The notes: a model not told the origin generated them from the sequence alone. Shown: positions 51,968 to 62,597, counted from the stretch's first letter. The stretch: 64,000 nt of DNA from Tubiluchus corallicola (GCA_030141605.1 JAQGDQ010002393.1:62001-126000), one strand, 5' to 3'. Program-made: numbers and translations.

Positions 51968-52615
51968 ATGCCTCTTAAAGTATCACCTTCTTTACTTTCT
52001 GCCAATTTTCTAAATTTATCTCGCGATATTGAGATGATAAATAGAAGTGCTGCTGACTGGTTTCATATAGATGTAATGGATGGTGTTTTTGTTCCTAATA
52101 TTTCTTTTGGATTTTCTATTATCAGTCAAATAAAAAAAATAGCACAAAAGCCTTTGGATGTGCATCTTATGATTGTAGAACCTGATAAATATATTAAAAA
52201 ATGTAAAGAAGTAGGGGCAGATATTCTTACTGTTCATTACGAGACTTCAACCCATTTGCACCGTACCATCTCTGAAATTAAAAAAAATGGAATGAAAGCA
52301 GGGGTTTCTATTAATCCTCATACACCTGTTAGTTTATTGAACGATATTATACAAGAAGTTGATTTAGTGCTACTTATGTCTGTTAATCCAGGTTTTGGTG
52401 GACAAAAATTTATAGAAAATACCTATCGTAAAATAGTAGAATTGAAAGAATTAATACTTCAAAAAGAATTGAATGTAGAAATAGAAATAGATGGAGGGGT
52501 AGATAATACCAATGCTAAGAAACTAACAGAATGTGGAGCTACAGTTTTAGTAGCAGGCAACTACATATTCACTCACGACGACCCATTAAATGCAATAGAA
52601 AAACTAAAAAACTAA
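51968..52615 (+). CDS. rpe: ribulose-phosphate 3-epimerase
   Basis: SPSLLSANF, HIDVMDGVFVPN, DVHLM, MSVNPGFGGQ, IDGG. Confidence 0.97.
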   Translation: MPLKVSPSLLSANFLNLSRDIEMINRSAADWFHIDVMDGVFVPNISFGFSIISQIKKIAQKPLDVHLMIVEPDKYIKKCKEVGADILTVHYETSTHLHRTISEIKKNGMKAGVSINPHTPVSLLNDIIQEVDLVLLMSVNPGFGGQKFIENTYRKIVELKELILQKELNVEIEIDGGVDNTNAKKLTECGATVLVAGNYIFTHDDPLNAIEKLKN

Positions 52616-52695
52616 ATCTTGAATATTTTTTTTGTAAAAAAAGAAAACCTTCTATTTTTGCATCCGTAACTTTTGTCTTACTTTTTTAAAATACA

Positions 52696-53868
52696 ATGAA
52701 CGACCATCTGGCCATATTAGATTTCTTTTCGTTAGATACAGATATACATATAGAAGAGTATTTAAATAATATACTTTTTCTTTTATTTATAGTTATTTCG
52801 GGAATTCAAGTATTTTATTATTTGTTTTTTTATTCACGTTTAGCTTTTTCTAAACGAAAAAGGCAATATAATAAGGATTTTCCTATATCAGTTGTGATAT
52901 GTGCTAAAAATGAAGAAGAAAATCTCACCTATATGTTACCTAAAATACTAGAACAAAACCATAATAAATATGAAGTTATTGTGGTTAACGATTCTTCTAC
53001 AGACAATACAGAAACAGTATTAGCAGAGCTAAAACAACTATACTCACACCTTTATGTTACAAATGTAAATGCAGATACTACATTCAACCACTCAGGAAAA
53101 AAATTAGCTCTCACTTGTGGTATTAAAGCAGCTAAATACGAGCATATATTGCTCACAGATGCAGACTGCTATCCTCAAAGTAAAAATTGGTTATCTTCAA
53201 TGGCTTCAAAGTTTAGCGAACAAAAAACAATTGTTTTAAGTCACGGGGGGTACGAAAGAAAGGGCGGCTTACTCAATAGCCTTATACGTTTTGATGCTTT
53301 TTTCATAGGCTTGCAATATCTTTCCTTTGCAATGGCAAGAGTTCCTTATATGGGAGTAGGTAGAAACTTAGCTTATAGAAGACAAGAATTTTTTAAAAAC
53401 AAGGGGTTTGCAAAATATAGATTTCTTGCTTCTGGAGATGATGACTTGTTTATTAAAGAAGTTGCGAACAAAAATAATACTGCTGTTCAGCTTAGCCCCG
53501 ATAGTTTCACAATTTCAAAACCTAAAACCAAGCTTTCTGATTGGATATTTATGAAAAAAAGGCATTTTACGACCTACAACTACTATTCAGGTAAAGTAAA
53601 ATTGCTATTAGGATTAGAGGTTGTTTCTCGGGTTCTATTCTACACTTTATTTGTAGGGCTTATTGTCTTTTTTCCTGTATTTCTTTATGACGTGCTATAT
53701 ATTGTAGGTGGTAGACTGTTGCTTCAGCTTATTATTTTTAAAAGAGCACAAATAGTATTGAGAGAAAAAGGTTTATTTCTATATATTATTTTTTACGATA
53801 TATTACTACCTTTTGTACACCTATATATAAAGGCTACAAGCAATCGTCGTAAAATAAATAGATGGTAA
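52696..53868 (+). CDS. Membrane GT2 glycosyltransferase (PgaC/CesA-like)
   Basis: SVVICAKNE, VND.STD, GKK.AL, TDADC, MGVGRNLAY, SGDDDL, K.RH. Confidence 0.9.
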   Translation: MNDHLAILDFFSLDTDIHIEEYLNNILFLLFIVISGIQVFYYLFFYSRLAFSKRKRQYNKDFPISVVICAKNEEENLTYMLPKILEQNHNKYEVIVVNDSSTDNTETVLAELKQLYSHLYVTNVNADTTFNHSGKKLALTCGIKAAKYEHILLTDADCYPQSKNWLSSMASKFSEQKTIVLSHGGYERKGGLLNSLIRFDAFFIGLQYLSFAMARVPYMGVGRNLAYRRQEFFKNKGFAKYRFLASGDDDLFIKEVANKNNTAVQLSPDSFTISKPKTKLSDWIFMKKRHFTTYNYYSGKVKLLLGLEVVSRVLFYTLFVGLIVFFPVFLYDVLYIVGGRLLLQLIIFKRAQIVLREKGLFLYIIFYDILLPFVHLYIKATSNRRKINRW

Positions 53869-53930
53869 GAAGTCTAAAACCTAAGAATTGGGAAAGTAAC
53901 GGGATTTTTAAACGTTGATACAAAACATTT

Positions 53931-54785
53931 TTAATTTTCTATCTTTTGCGACAAGTCCAATGCAGGAGATGAATGTGTAATACCCCCAACTGATATAAAA
54001 TCCACACCTGTTTGGGCTATTTCTTCTACCTTATTTAATGTTACATTGCCAGACGCCTCTATTTTAGCTCTACCATCAATAAATGCTACTGCTTCTTTCA
54101 TCTCTATATTGGTCATATTGTCCAGCATAATAATGTCAGCTTTTACCTCTATCGCCTCCTTTACTTCATTTAGGTTGGTTGTTTCCACCTCTATCATAAT
54201 ACCAGTGGGTATTTTACTGCGTATCTGCTCCGTTGCTTGTGTAATGCTACCTGCCGTGCGTATGTGATTTTCTTTGATAAGTACCATATCATAAAGTCCT
54301 ATACGGTGGTTAGTTCCTCCTCCCATCTTTACAGCGTATTTGTCCAAAAGTCGAAAGGCAGGCAAAGTTTTGCGCGTATCTAATATTTCGGTTTTGTAGT
54401 CTTTTATTGCTTCTACTAACAGGTTGGTAGTGGTAGCAATACCTGACAAATGTTGAAGGAAGTTAAGAGCCGTTCGTTCTACGGTGAGTAAAGCTCTATA
54501 AGAGCCTTGCATCTTTACCACAATGTCTCCTTTTCTTACTTTTGCTCCATCTTCCACTTGGGTATCAAAATTAAAATTAGCATCTAATTTTTTGAATGCT
54601 ATTTCAGCTATTGGTAAGCCTGCTATTACTCCATCGGCCTTTGCTTTTATGATAGCACTTTTTTGTGTTTCCTTAGCTATAAGGTAGTTGGTTGTAATAT
54701 CACCCTTCCCAATATCTTCCTGTAATGCAAGGTCTATAAGGTGATGAATATGTTTCAATTCTTGAGCTGTAAAGTTGGATTTCAT
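53931..54785 (-). CDS. nadC: nicotinate-nucleotide pyrophosphorylase
   Basis: EDIGKGDIT, ERTALN, DTRKTLP, NHRIGL, IKENH, EVE, MLDN, EASG. Confidence 0.97.
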   Translation of the reverse strand: MKSNFTAQELKHIHHLIDLALQEDIGKGDITTNYLIAKETQKSAIIKAKADGVIAGLPIAEIAFKKLDANFNFDTQVEDGAKVRKGDIVVKMQGSYRALLTVERTALNFLQHLSGIATTTNLLVEAIKDYKTEILDTRKTLPAFRLLDKYAVKMGGGTNHRIGLYDMVLIKENHIRTAGSITQATEQIRSKIPTGIMIEVETTNLNEVKEAIEVKADIIMLDNMTNIEMKEAVAFIDGRAKIEASGNVTLNKVEEIAQTGVDFISVGGITHSSPALDLSQKIEN

Positions 54786-54791
54786 ATTTTT

Positions 54792-56363
54792 CTACTTTGA
54801 TGTATATATTTTTTTACCTTTCTGCTGGTTAAAATGCAGTAAATACTTTTTACTAACCTTAGGATAGTCCTCGCGTGTATGTCCTCCTCTGCTTTCTTTT
54901 CTTATTAGTGCTGATTGTACAATAAGTTGAGCAACAAGAAGCAAATTCTTCATTTGCAGTGTGTAGAATTCATTAACATTTTGGGTGGCAACTTTTTGTT
55001 TCAACACATTTATTTTTTGCAGGGCTTGTTGTAGTGTCTTATGACTTCTAATGATACCAACATCGTAAGTCATTATTTGTGCTATTTCTTTTTTAATTTT
55101 TTTATACAGTATTTCCTTTTTTGGCTCTATTAATAGGTTATTTTTTGGAAACTTGTATGAGTTTATACCTGCATTAGGAGTTTTAAAACTTTGTTCTATA
55201 GCTTTTTGAGCAAAGACAATACATTCTAACAATGAGTTACTTGCCAGTCTGTTAGCTCCGTGAACACCCGTGCAAGCTACTTCGCCACAAGCGAAAAGGT
55301 GGGCAATATTGGTTTCTGCATCGTAATTGGTCTTCACACCACCAGAGGTATAGTGTGCTGCAGGAACAATGGGAATAGGGTCGCAGGTCATATCCACCCC
55401 AAAAGAAAGGGTTTTTTCATAAATATTTTGAAAACGTTTTTTTATTTTTTCTTTGTCTAAGTGTTGTAAGGAAAGGTAAATATTTGGAGCTTTTTCCTCT
55501 TTTAATTGTTGAAATATATGTTGTGTTACAATATCTCTTGGGGCGAGTTCTTTCAATGGATGTGCTTGTTTCATAAAACGCTCACCCTTGTTGTTAAGCA
55601 AATATGCTCCTTCGCCTCGCAAGGCTTCAGTAAGGAGAAATGTTTCGCCCATAGGGTTATAAAATGCTGTAGGGTGAAACTGTATAAATTCGACATCAGT
55701 AATAGTTGCCCCGCCATTATAAGCAAGGGATATGCCATCACCTGTGGAAATATTTTGATTAGTGGTTATTTTATAAAGTCCCGAAGCTCCTCCCGTAGCC
55801 AACAAAGTGTTAGTAGCTTGTATTTGTATGTTTTCCTTTTGCTCTATATTGTAAAAATTTGCTCCATAACATTGATTATCTTTCACTAATAGGTTGGTAG
55901 CAGAAGTGTTTTCGAAAAGCGTGATATTTGGATTTTTTTTCACTTTTGCAGATAAAAATTCTACTACTTTTTTGCCCGTAACATTGCCTCCAGCACGTAG
56001 TATTCTTCTTCTTTTATGTCCTCCTTCAAGTCCAAGTGCTATTTCTCCTCCTTCTTTATCGAATTGCATACCCAATTGAATGAGTTCTAATATTCTCTTT
56101 CTTCCTTCTTCTACCAGTATTTTTACTGCTTTATGGTTGCATAGTCCTCTTCCTACTGCAAGAGTATCTCTAAGATGTTCATCAGGAGAATCCGTAGGAC
56201 TAATAGCAGCAGCTATTCCACCCTGTGCCCAAGTAGAGTTGCTTTTTTTTAAAGAAGTTTTGGTAATAATAGCTATTTGTTTGCCCAAACTACTAGCATA
56301 ATGTGCAGCATATAAACCTGAAAGTCCACAGCCTATAATTAAGTAATCTACTTTATGCTCCAC
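54792..56363 (-). CDS. nadB: L-aspartate oxidase (GTG start)
   Basis: IIGCGLSGL, WAQGGIAA, EGGH, QFHPT, EALRGEG, LAPRD, HGANRLASNSLLE. Confidence 0.96.
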   Translation of the reverse strand: MEHKVDYLIIGCGLSGLYAAHYASSLGKQIAIITKTSLKKSNSTWAQGGIAAAISPTDSPDEHLRDTLAVGRGLCNHKAVKILVEEGRKRILELIQLGMQFDKEGGEIALGLEGGHKRRRILRAGGNVTGKKVVEFLSAKVKKNPNITLFENTSATNLLVKDNQCYGANFYNIEQKENIQIQATNTLLATGGASGLYKITTNQNISTGDGISLAYNGGATITDVEFIQFHPTAFYNPMGETFLLTEALRGEGAYLLNNKGERFMKQAHPLKELAPRDIVTQHIFQQLKEEKAPNIYLSLQHLDKEKIKKRFQNIYEKTLSFGVDMTCDPIPIVPAAHYTSGGVKTNYDAETNIAHLFACGEVACTGVHGANRLASNSLLECIVFAQKAIEQSFKTPNAGINSYKFPKNNLLIEPKKEILYKKIKKEIAQIMTYDVGIIRSHKTLQQALQKINVLKQKVATQNVNEFYTLQMKNLLLVAQLIVQSALIRKESRGGHTREDYPKVSKKYLLHFNQQKGKKIYTSK

Positions 56364-56422
56364 CTTTTTATTACAGTTATTTTTATTTTCTCAATATTTT
56401 ACCTTTGAATAATTGTAGAGAA

Positions 56423-57445
56423 TTAAATATGAGGTTTAAACTTATAAATTTTATACAATTCTCTATCTTTTTTTGGTATATGTATTTGGGAAGTAGTAAA
56501 ATACACGTATCCTTCATTATCTTCGGCAAAACTATCAGCCCAACGAATTTTGGGAGAAGAAAGTATTTCATAGCTTGTTCCATTTTTAAACAAGTTGATA
56601 GAGTTTGTTTCTAAACCTCCTAAGATGATATTTCCATCTTGGGTAGTAAGCATACCGTCTGTTGCACCTACCTTGCCTGCTTCTTCTACAAAACTATCTA
56701 TATTCTCTATATCAGGAAGGTGTAAAACCTTTGTAGGAACTCTATATAGAGTATGTCCAGTAAGAGGAATGTAGTATAGATAGTCTTTTTCTTTGCTAAG
56801 AGTAATTCCATCAGAATGAACTTCGTTTTTCCATACGATATTGCCTATTACCAGCTTATTGCTTTCAGCTTTGGTGCTATGGTTGTTCTCCAAAAAACGC
56901 TTAGCTTTACCTGTTTGTAGGTTCAATACTATAATTCCCCCTTCTCCCGAATCAGTAATATAAGCAAATTGTTTTTTTTCATCAATCCTAACATCGTTAA
57001 AATATGAATTTTTATAAAATACCGAAGGTTCAAATACATATTTTCTAATGATTGTATTAGTCGTTAATGATGCTTTGTACAATATGGGTGCATTTATTAC
57101 CCCTTTGAACATTGGGTTAGACGTTTCTAATATCCAAAGATTATCTAAATCATCTACAAATACGCTTTGTACACATACAAAGTGTTGCGAAGATGTATTA
57201 CTGGTGTTCCATTCATCATTGGGAAAAGGTATTATTTTTCCATCTTCTTTTATTTCTGCCACAGATATAGCGTGTTCTTCTGACCATTGAGGAAAGTTTA
57301 CAAAAATTCTATTTTGATTTTTTGAAATAGCAATTCCTGTCCATTGGTTGGTAGAACTTGCTACTAATAGCAAGTTTTGTTTGCTTGTACATCCTGTTAT
57401 TACTAAACATAAAAAAGATGTAAAAAAAATGTTTCTTATACTCAT
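56423..57445 (-). CDS. Major royal jelly / L-dopachrome tautomerase-related beta-propeller lipoprotein
   Basis: Lipobox ITGC, WTGIAIS, RIFVNFP, FVCVQSV, NDVRID, AYITDSG, DGI.LS, W.DS. Confidence 0.85.
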   Translation of the reverse strand: MSIRNIFFTSFLCLVITGCTSKQNLLLVASSTNQWTGIAISKNQNRIFVNFPQWSEEHAISVAEIKEDGKIIPFPNDEWNTSNTSSQHFVCVQSVFVDDLDNLWILETSNPMFKGVINAPILYKASLTTNTIIRKYVFEPSVFYKNSYFNDVRIDEKKQFAYITDSGEGGIIVLNLQTGKAKRFLENNHSTKAESNKLVIGNIVWKNEVHSDGITLSKEKDYLYYIPLTGHTLYRVPTKVLHLPDIENIDSFVEEAGKVGATDGMLTTQDGNIILGGLETNSINLFKNGTSYEILSSPKIRWADSFAEDNEGYVYFTTSQIHIPKKDRELYKIYKFKPHI

Positions 57446-57651
57446 ATCTTTCTTTTTTTATGGCTACAAATATAGGATATTTATATTTTATTTAAAATGT
57501 ATTATGGCTTATACAATGAAAAATACAACAAATTGAGTGATAGTGTGCTTCTTTTCTTGCTTAGTGTTTTGTCTTTTTCTCTCTTTAATAATCGTTTTAA
57601 GAGTTTCTATATTTTAAAATTCATAATAGAATAAATGTTTTTACGTTTATA

Positions 57652-58407
57652 TTGTTTACAAAAACCTATATTGTGAAAAAATTAATTTTACTTCTTTTTT
57701 TATTACTGGGTAGTTTTTTCTTATACGCACAGAAAAACGCTGTAAAATTAGATATTCCCACGTTTTTTGCCAAAGGACTTGGTTTGAGTTACGAGCGAAT
57801 ATTAACCCCTAAGAGTTCTGCAAATTTAACCCTTACATCTATCTTTTCTTACCCAATTCCTGATGTTATTAAAAATGAGTTAGGTGATACTAAGAGTATT
57901 TTTAATGAAAATGAGCTGAAAGGTTTTTCTATTATACCCGAATATCGTTTTTATTTGGGTGGTAACGATAGTCTCAGAGGAATTTATATTGGTGGGCAGC
58001 TCAAATATAGGAATTATGAGTTTGTAGCAAATACTGTTGTTGAGGTAGATGTAAATGATGTTCCAGAGAATGTAGATACTAAATTTTCTGGTAATTATAG
58101 TCTTTTTGGCTTGGGTGTGCAGTTAGGGATACAATGGCTAATTGCTGATAGAATTTCTATTGATTGGTATTTTTTGGGCTTAGGGGTCAATTTCACTATT
58201 ACAGAAATTGTAACGAGTCCTAATGAGGAAATTTCTTTTGAAACTTTGGAGGCATTGAGTAGAAAAATTCAAAATAATTTGAATGAATTGCCTCTTATTA
58301 GAAACAAAGCAATAACAAAAACAGAGGGAAACACTATTAAAACAACAATTGATAATCTTTTAGTACCAGGGTTTAGAACTGGCATTACCATTGGATATGT
58401 GTTTTAA
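57652..58407 (+). CDS. DUF3575-like outer membrane beta-barrel (likely start GTG 57673)
   Basis: AQKNAVKL, LSYER, PEYRFY, G.Y.G, GVQLG.QW, terminal IGYVF. Confidence 0.75.
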   Translation: MFTKTYIVKKLILLLFLLLGSFFLYAQKNAVKLDIPTFFAKGLGLSYERILTPKSSANLTLTSIFSYPIPDVIKNELGDTKSIFNENELKGFSIIPEYRFYLGGNDSLRGIYIGGQLKYRNYEFVANTVVEVDVNDVPENVDTKFSGNYSLFGLGVQLGIQWLIADRISIDWYFLGLGVNFTITEIVTSPNEEISFETLEALSRKIQNNLNELPLIRNKAITKTEGNTIKTTIDNLLVPGFRTGITIGYVF

Positions 58408-58535
58408 TATGCTTGAAAATTAAAGAGTATTAGAATTAATAAAAGTAAGTCTTTTCGATATATTAAAATTGGAGTTTGGCAAAAGATTTTCCTAGTGAAA
58501 AATACTTTTAAACTTAATCTAATCTTCTATATTAA

Positions 58536-61004
58536 TTAATGATAGTACATTCTTTTCACTCGGGGAGAAATACTAGTAAGTATTTCATAGGGTATAGTTT
58601 CTAACTGTTTTGACAGTTCTGTAATAGTGTTTTTTTCACCAAAGACAATTACTGTATCTCCTTCCTTTGTTTGTGGCACGTGAGTAATATCTACCATACA
58701 CATATCCATACATATGTTGCCTATGGTGGGTACTTGCTGGTTGTTGATAAGGAACTTTCCCTTGCCATTACTTAGCCTTCGGTCTATCCCATCGGCATAG
58801 CCTATGGGCAATGTTGCAATGGTAGTATCTTGTAGAGCCACTCCTTTTCTACTATATCCTACGGTTTCTCCTTTTTTTACATATTTTATCTGCGATATAA
58901 TAGTTTTCAGTGTGCTAGTATTCATAAGAGGGCTACCTGTTTGACTACTAATGCCATACAACCCTATACCAAGTCGTACCATTTCGTATTGATATTGTGG
59001 GTGTCGTTCTATACCTGCAGAGTTGAGCAAATGACGTGTAATGGGGTAACCAAGTGCTTTTATCACTGTCTGGCTTATTTGTTGAAAAGTGTTTGCTTGC
59101 TGCTTGGTGAAACTGTCAAACTGTGCATCATCGCTTCCTACAAGATGTGAAAATATAGTTTTAACAGTAAGTTCTTTTTTCTGTTTCAATTGTGTTATCA
59201 GTGGGTGAATATCCTCTATCTCAAAACCAAGACGTTTCATTCCTGTGTCTATTTTCAGGTGTATGTAGTAGGTGTGTAGTCCACTTTTTCTAAATGCATT
59301 GTAGAATTGGTCAAGTATTTTGAGAGAATATATTTCAGGTTCTAAGTTGTATTCTATCAAGGTTTTAAAGCTATTGGCAGCAGGGTTCATTACCATTATT
59401 GGTAGATGTATGCCTGCTTTTCGTAAAATTACACCTTCGTCAGCAAATGCTACGGCAAGATAATTGACCCCATTGTATTGCAATAGATTAGCTATTTCGT
59501 AAGAACCACTGCCGTAGGAAAGGGCTTTTACTACTGCCATTATTTGAGTGGTGGGTCTTAGTTGTTTTTTAAAGTGGTTGTAGTTGTGGGTTATAGCATT
59601 GAGGTCTATTTCTAAAGTAGTGGAGTGGGTCTTCTTTTGCAATTCATTACTTATGTGTTCAAATTTGAAACTTCTAGCACCTTTTAGTAGTATGGCTGTG
59701 TTTGTAAATTGTTTTTTTAAGTCAGAAGCAAGGAACTCCTCTAAGGTGCGAAACATTCTTTTTTTTATAGTAAAAGCATTTTGATTTCTTTGTAATGCTT
59801 CTCCTATGCCTATAAGTTGGTCTATATGGTTTTGTTGCAATAGCTGTGCTACTTGTGTGTAAAGGGCTTTTTCTGTTAGTCCTGTTTGTAGAATATCTGA
59901 TAAAATAACAGCTTTTTTTGGATGCTGGGTTTGTTGGTTTAATAAATTAGTTGCTATGTTGAGTGAAGTAAGGTCAGAGTTATAACTATCGTTGATGATA
60001 GTTGTGTTGTTCTCTCCCTCTATAACTTCCAACCGCATTTCTACGGGGGTAAGTTGTTGTATCTGTTGGGTAATATATTCCTCAGAAAGATTTTGGAGGA
60101 GCAGGTAGCACCAACAATGTATTGCATTTTCTATAGAGGCTTTATCAGTAAAAGGTATGGTTATCTGTTTTTTTGTATTGTGGTATTGGGCAGTAATAAG
60201 GGTATTTGCTGCACTGCTCTCTATTTTTAATATGCGTAAGTGTGCATTTTCTTGCTTGCCCCAAGAAAACAACTGTAAAGGGTTCTTTTTTGTGAAAGCC
60301 TGTATTCCTTTTTCTATTTCAGGATAATCGTTGCAGTATATGAGTATTCGGGTATTAATGAAAAGTTGTAGTTTTTCTTTTACTTTTTTTCGTAAACTTT
60401 TGAAATTTTCTTGATGGGCATTACCTATATTAGTAAATATTCCTATAGTGGGGTCAATAATTGGCTGTAGTTTTTGCATTTCTCCCACTTCTGATATACC
60501 TGCTTCAAAAATACCAAGTTCTGTCTCGTTGTTGAGCAACCAAATAGAAAGGGGAACTCCTATTTGCGAATTGTAGCTTTTCGGACTTCGTGTTATGTTG
60601 TACTTGGGGTTGAGCAGTTGAAAAAGCCATTCTTTAACAATAGTCTTTCCATTGCTTCCAGTAATACCTATTACTTCTTTTTGAAATTGGCTTCTTTTAT
60701 GGGTAGATAGTTTTTGTAGAGCTTGTGTAGTGTTTTTTACTTGTATAAAATGAGCTGTATGTAGTTGTTCAAATTGTGGTCGCCAGTTGTTGATTACAAA
60801 ATGCTTTACTCCTAGTTTATAAGCCTCTTCTATATAATTGTGTGCATCGTGATTGTATCCTTTGATAGCAAAAAATAAAGTGTTACGACTATTGATAAGG
60901 TTGCGTGTATCTATTGAAATATTTTCGATGGCAACATTGCTGGGCTGCAATAATTCTCCTTCTATTATAAGAGCAATATCTGTAAAGGTGTAGTTATTTT
61001 TCAT
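58536..61004 (-). CDS. alr: Bifunctional MurF-like ligase / alanine racemase
   Basis: IGITGSNGKT, SYNSQIGVP, INDSYNSD, LLKGAR; AVVKALSYGSG (PLP lysine), HLKIDTGMKRLG, GYADG, CMDM, TIPYE. Confidence 0.94.
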   Translation of the reverse strand: MKNNYTFTDIALIIEGELLQPSNVAIENISIDTRNLINSRNTLFFAIKGYNHDAHNYIEEAYKLGVKHFVINNWRPQFEQLHTAHFIQVKNTTQALQKLSTHKRSQFQKEVIGITGSNGKTIVKEWLFQLLNPKYNITRSPKSYNSQIGVPLSIWLLNNETELGIFEAGISEVGEMQKLQPIIDPTIGIFTNIGNAHQENFKSLRKKVKEKLQLFINTRILIYCNDYPEIEKGIQAFTKKNPLQLFSWGKQENAHLRILKIESSAANTLITAQYHNTKKQITIPFTDKASIENAIHCWCYLLLQNLSEEYITQQIQQLTPVEMRLEVIEGENNTTIINDSYNSDLTSLNIATNLLNQQTQHPKKAVILSDILQTGLTEKALYTQVAQLLQQNHIDQLIGIGEALQRNQNAFTIKKRMFRTLEEFLASDLKKQFTNTAILLKGARSFKFEHISNELQKKTHSTTLEIDLNAITHNYNHFKKQLRPTTQIMAVVKALSYGSGSYEIANLLQYNGVNYLAVAFADEGVILRKAGIHLPIMVMNPAANSFKTLIEYNLEPEIYSLKILDQFYNAFRKSGLHTYYIHLKIDTGMKRLGFEIEDIHPLITQLKQKKELTVKTIFSHLVGSDDAQFDSFTKQQANTFQQISQTVIKALGYPITRHLLNSAGIERHPQYQYEMVRLGIGLYGISSQTGSPLMNTSTLKTIISQIKYVKKGETVGYSRKGVALQDTTIATLPIGYADGIDRRLSNGKGKFLINNQQVPTIGNICMDMCMVDITHVPQTKEGDTVIVFGEKNTITELSKQLETIPYEILTSISPRVKRMYYH

Positions 61005-61089
61005 TTTGTGATTATTTGTGCTTCTATTACAAAGATAAATATATTTTACAATGATTGTAAATCAACTTTTATCTTGGCAATATATTACC

Positions 61090-61857
61090 TTAATTGTTAG
61101 ATAAATCTGTAAGCACTTCACAGCCTTTGGGGGTAACAAGAACAGTATGTTCGAACTGTGCGGACAACTTTTTATCTATAGTTCGCACTGTCCACTTATC
61201 GTGGGGGTCTATATCTATTTTGGGCGACCCTAAATTTATCATAGGTTCGATGGTGAATATCATTCCTGCCTCCATTGTTTTTCCTGAATTTTTTTTAGCT
61301 ATATGGTTTACTTGTGGTTCTTCGTGAAATTTTATACCCACTCCGTGTCCCGTAAATTCATATACTACACTCAAGCCTTTGGAGTGTGCATAGCGTGCTA
61401 TAAAAAAACCTATATTTCCAAATTTATTTTTAGCTCTCACCTGTTGTATACCAAGCTCTAAACAATGTTTTGTAGCGTTGATGAGGTATTTGGCTTCGTT
61501 GCTTATTTCTCCTATGGTATACATCCTGCTTGTATCTCCAAAGTAGCCACCTAAAATGGTACTTACATCTATGTTAAGAATATCTCCTTCTTTCAGTATA
61601 TCTTTTTTAGAAGGTATACCGTGGCAAACCACATCGTTGATAGAAATGCAGGATGACTTGGGATAACCGTTATAATTCAAGGTAGCAGGTATAGCCCCAT
61701 TGTCTCTCATATACTCTTCTATCTTATTATCCAAATATTCGGTATTTACTCCTTCTTTCACAAAGGGTGCTATGTAATCTAATGTTTTAGCAGAAAGCAC
61801 ACAGCTTTTTCGTATTCCTTCTATCTGTTCAGCATTTTTTATAATTATTTTTTCCAT
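61090..61857 (-). CDS. map: type I methionine aminopeptidase
   Basis: VVCHGIP, NIDV, GDTSR, GHGVG..FHEEP, FTIEPMIN, SAQFEHT. Confidence 0.97.
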   Translation of the reverse strand: MEKIIIKNAEQIEGIRKSCVLSAKTLDYIAPFVKEGVNTEYLDNKIEEYMRDNGAIPATLNYNGYPKSSCISINDVVCHGIPSKKDILKEGDILNIDVSTILGGYFGDTSRMYTIGEISNEAKYLINATKHCLELGIQQVRAKNKFGNIGFFIARYAHSKGLSVVYEFTGHGVGIKFHEEPQVNHIAKKNSGKTMEAGMIFTIEPMINLGSPKIDIDPHDKWTVRTIDKKLSAQFEHTVLVTPKGCEVLTDLSNN

Positions 61858-62038
61858 TTTATTCCATTTTATTATAATTAGAGATAAACCAGTCTTTTAT
61901 GTACTTGGGAACATTAGTTTGTTTCTAACTAAAAAGATTGATATTTAAAAACTAAAAGCAGTCATTTCTGCTGCCACAAAGAATTGCAAGTATAATTTGT
62001 GTATCTTTGTATTTTTTTGATTTTTTTTATAAATGTAG

Positions 62039-62587
62039 ATGAAACGTTACAAAATAAATGATATATTTTATTCTTTGCAAGGTGAAGGTCATTTTGTTGG
62101 TACGCCAGCCATATTTATCCGTTTTGCGAACTGCAATTTAAGTTGTGAGTTTTGTGATACTGATTTTGACCTTAGAACAGAAATGAGTAAAGAAGAAATA
62201 GCAGAAAAGATACAAGGTTATGCAAGTAGAACTATTGTATTTACAGGTGGAGAACCGGCTTTACAGGTCGATAGTGAGCTATGTGTGTATTTAAAACAAA
62301 GGGGCTACAAGCTACATATTGAGACTAATGGGACGAGAGAACTTCCTAATGAAATAGATTGGATAACGGTAAGCCCCAAAAAAAAGACTTGGATATTAAA
62401 AAGGGGGGATGAATTAAAATTACTATATTTGGGACAAGATTTAAGCCTTTATGAAAATAGTCATTTCAAATATTATTACCTTCAGCCTATATCTACAGAA
62501 AATACAGAGGAATGTATAGAAATAGTAAAGAGAAAACCTAAGTGGAAATTGAGTTTGCAAATACAAAAGTTTATAGACATAAAATAA
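62039..62587 (+). CDS. queE: 7-carboxy-7-deazaguanine synthase (radical SAM)
   Basis: IFYSLQGEG, FIRF..CNLSCEFCDT, TGGEP, IETNG, VSPK, LQP, W.LSLQ. Confidence 0.92.
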   Translation: MKRYKINDIFYSLQGEGHFVGTPAIFIRFANCNLSCEFCDTDFDLRTEMSKEEIAEKIQGYASRTIVFTGGEPALQVDSELCVYLKQRGYKLHIETNGTRELPNEIDWITVSPKKKTWILKRGDELKLLYLGQDLSLYENSHFKYYYLQPISTENTEECIEIVKRKPKWKLSLQIQKFIDIK

Positions 62588-62597
62588 TAAGTCTGTT

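Noticed and set aside
58536-61004. MurF-Alr fusion as a novelty
   Set aside because: Well-known, widespread fusion in Bacteroidota
62010-62045. SAM-II or preQ1 riboswitch upstream of queE (TGATTT...ATAAATGTAG)
   Set aside because: No P1 stem or pseudoknot partner; only about 30 nt of T-rich sequence follows the TATCTTTG promoter box
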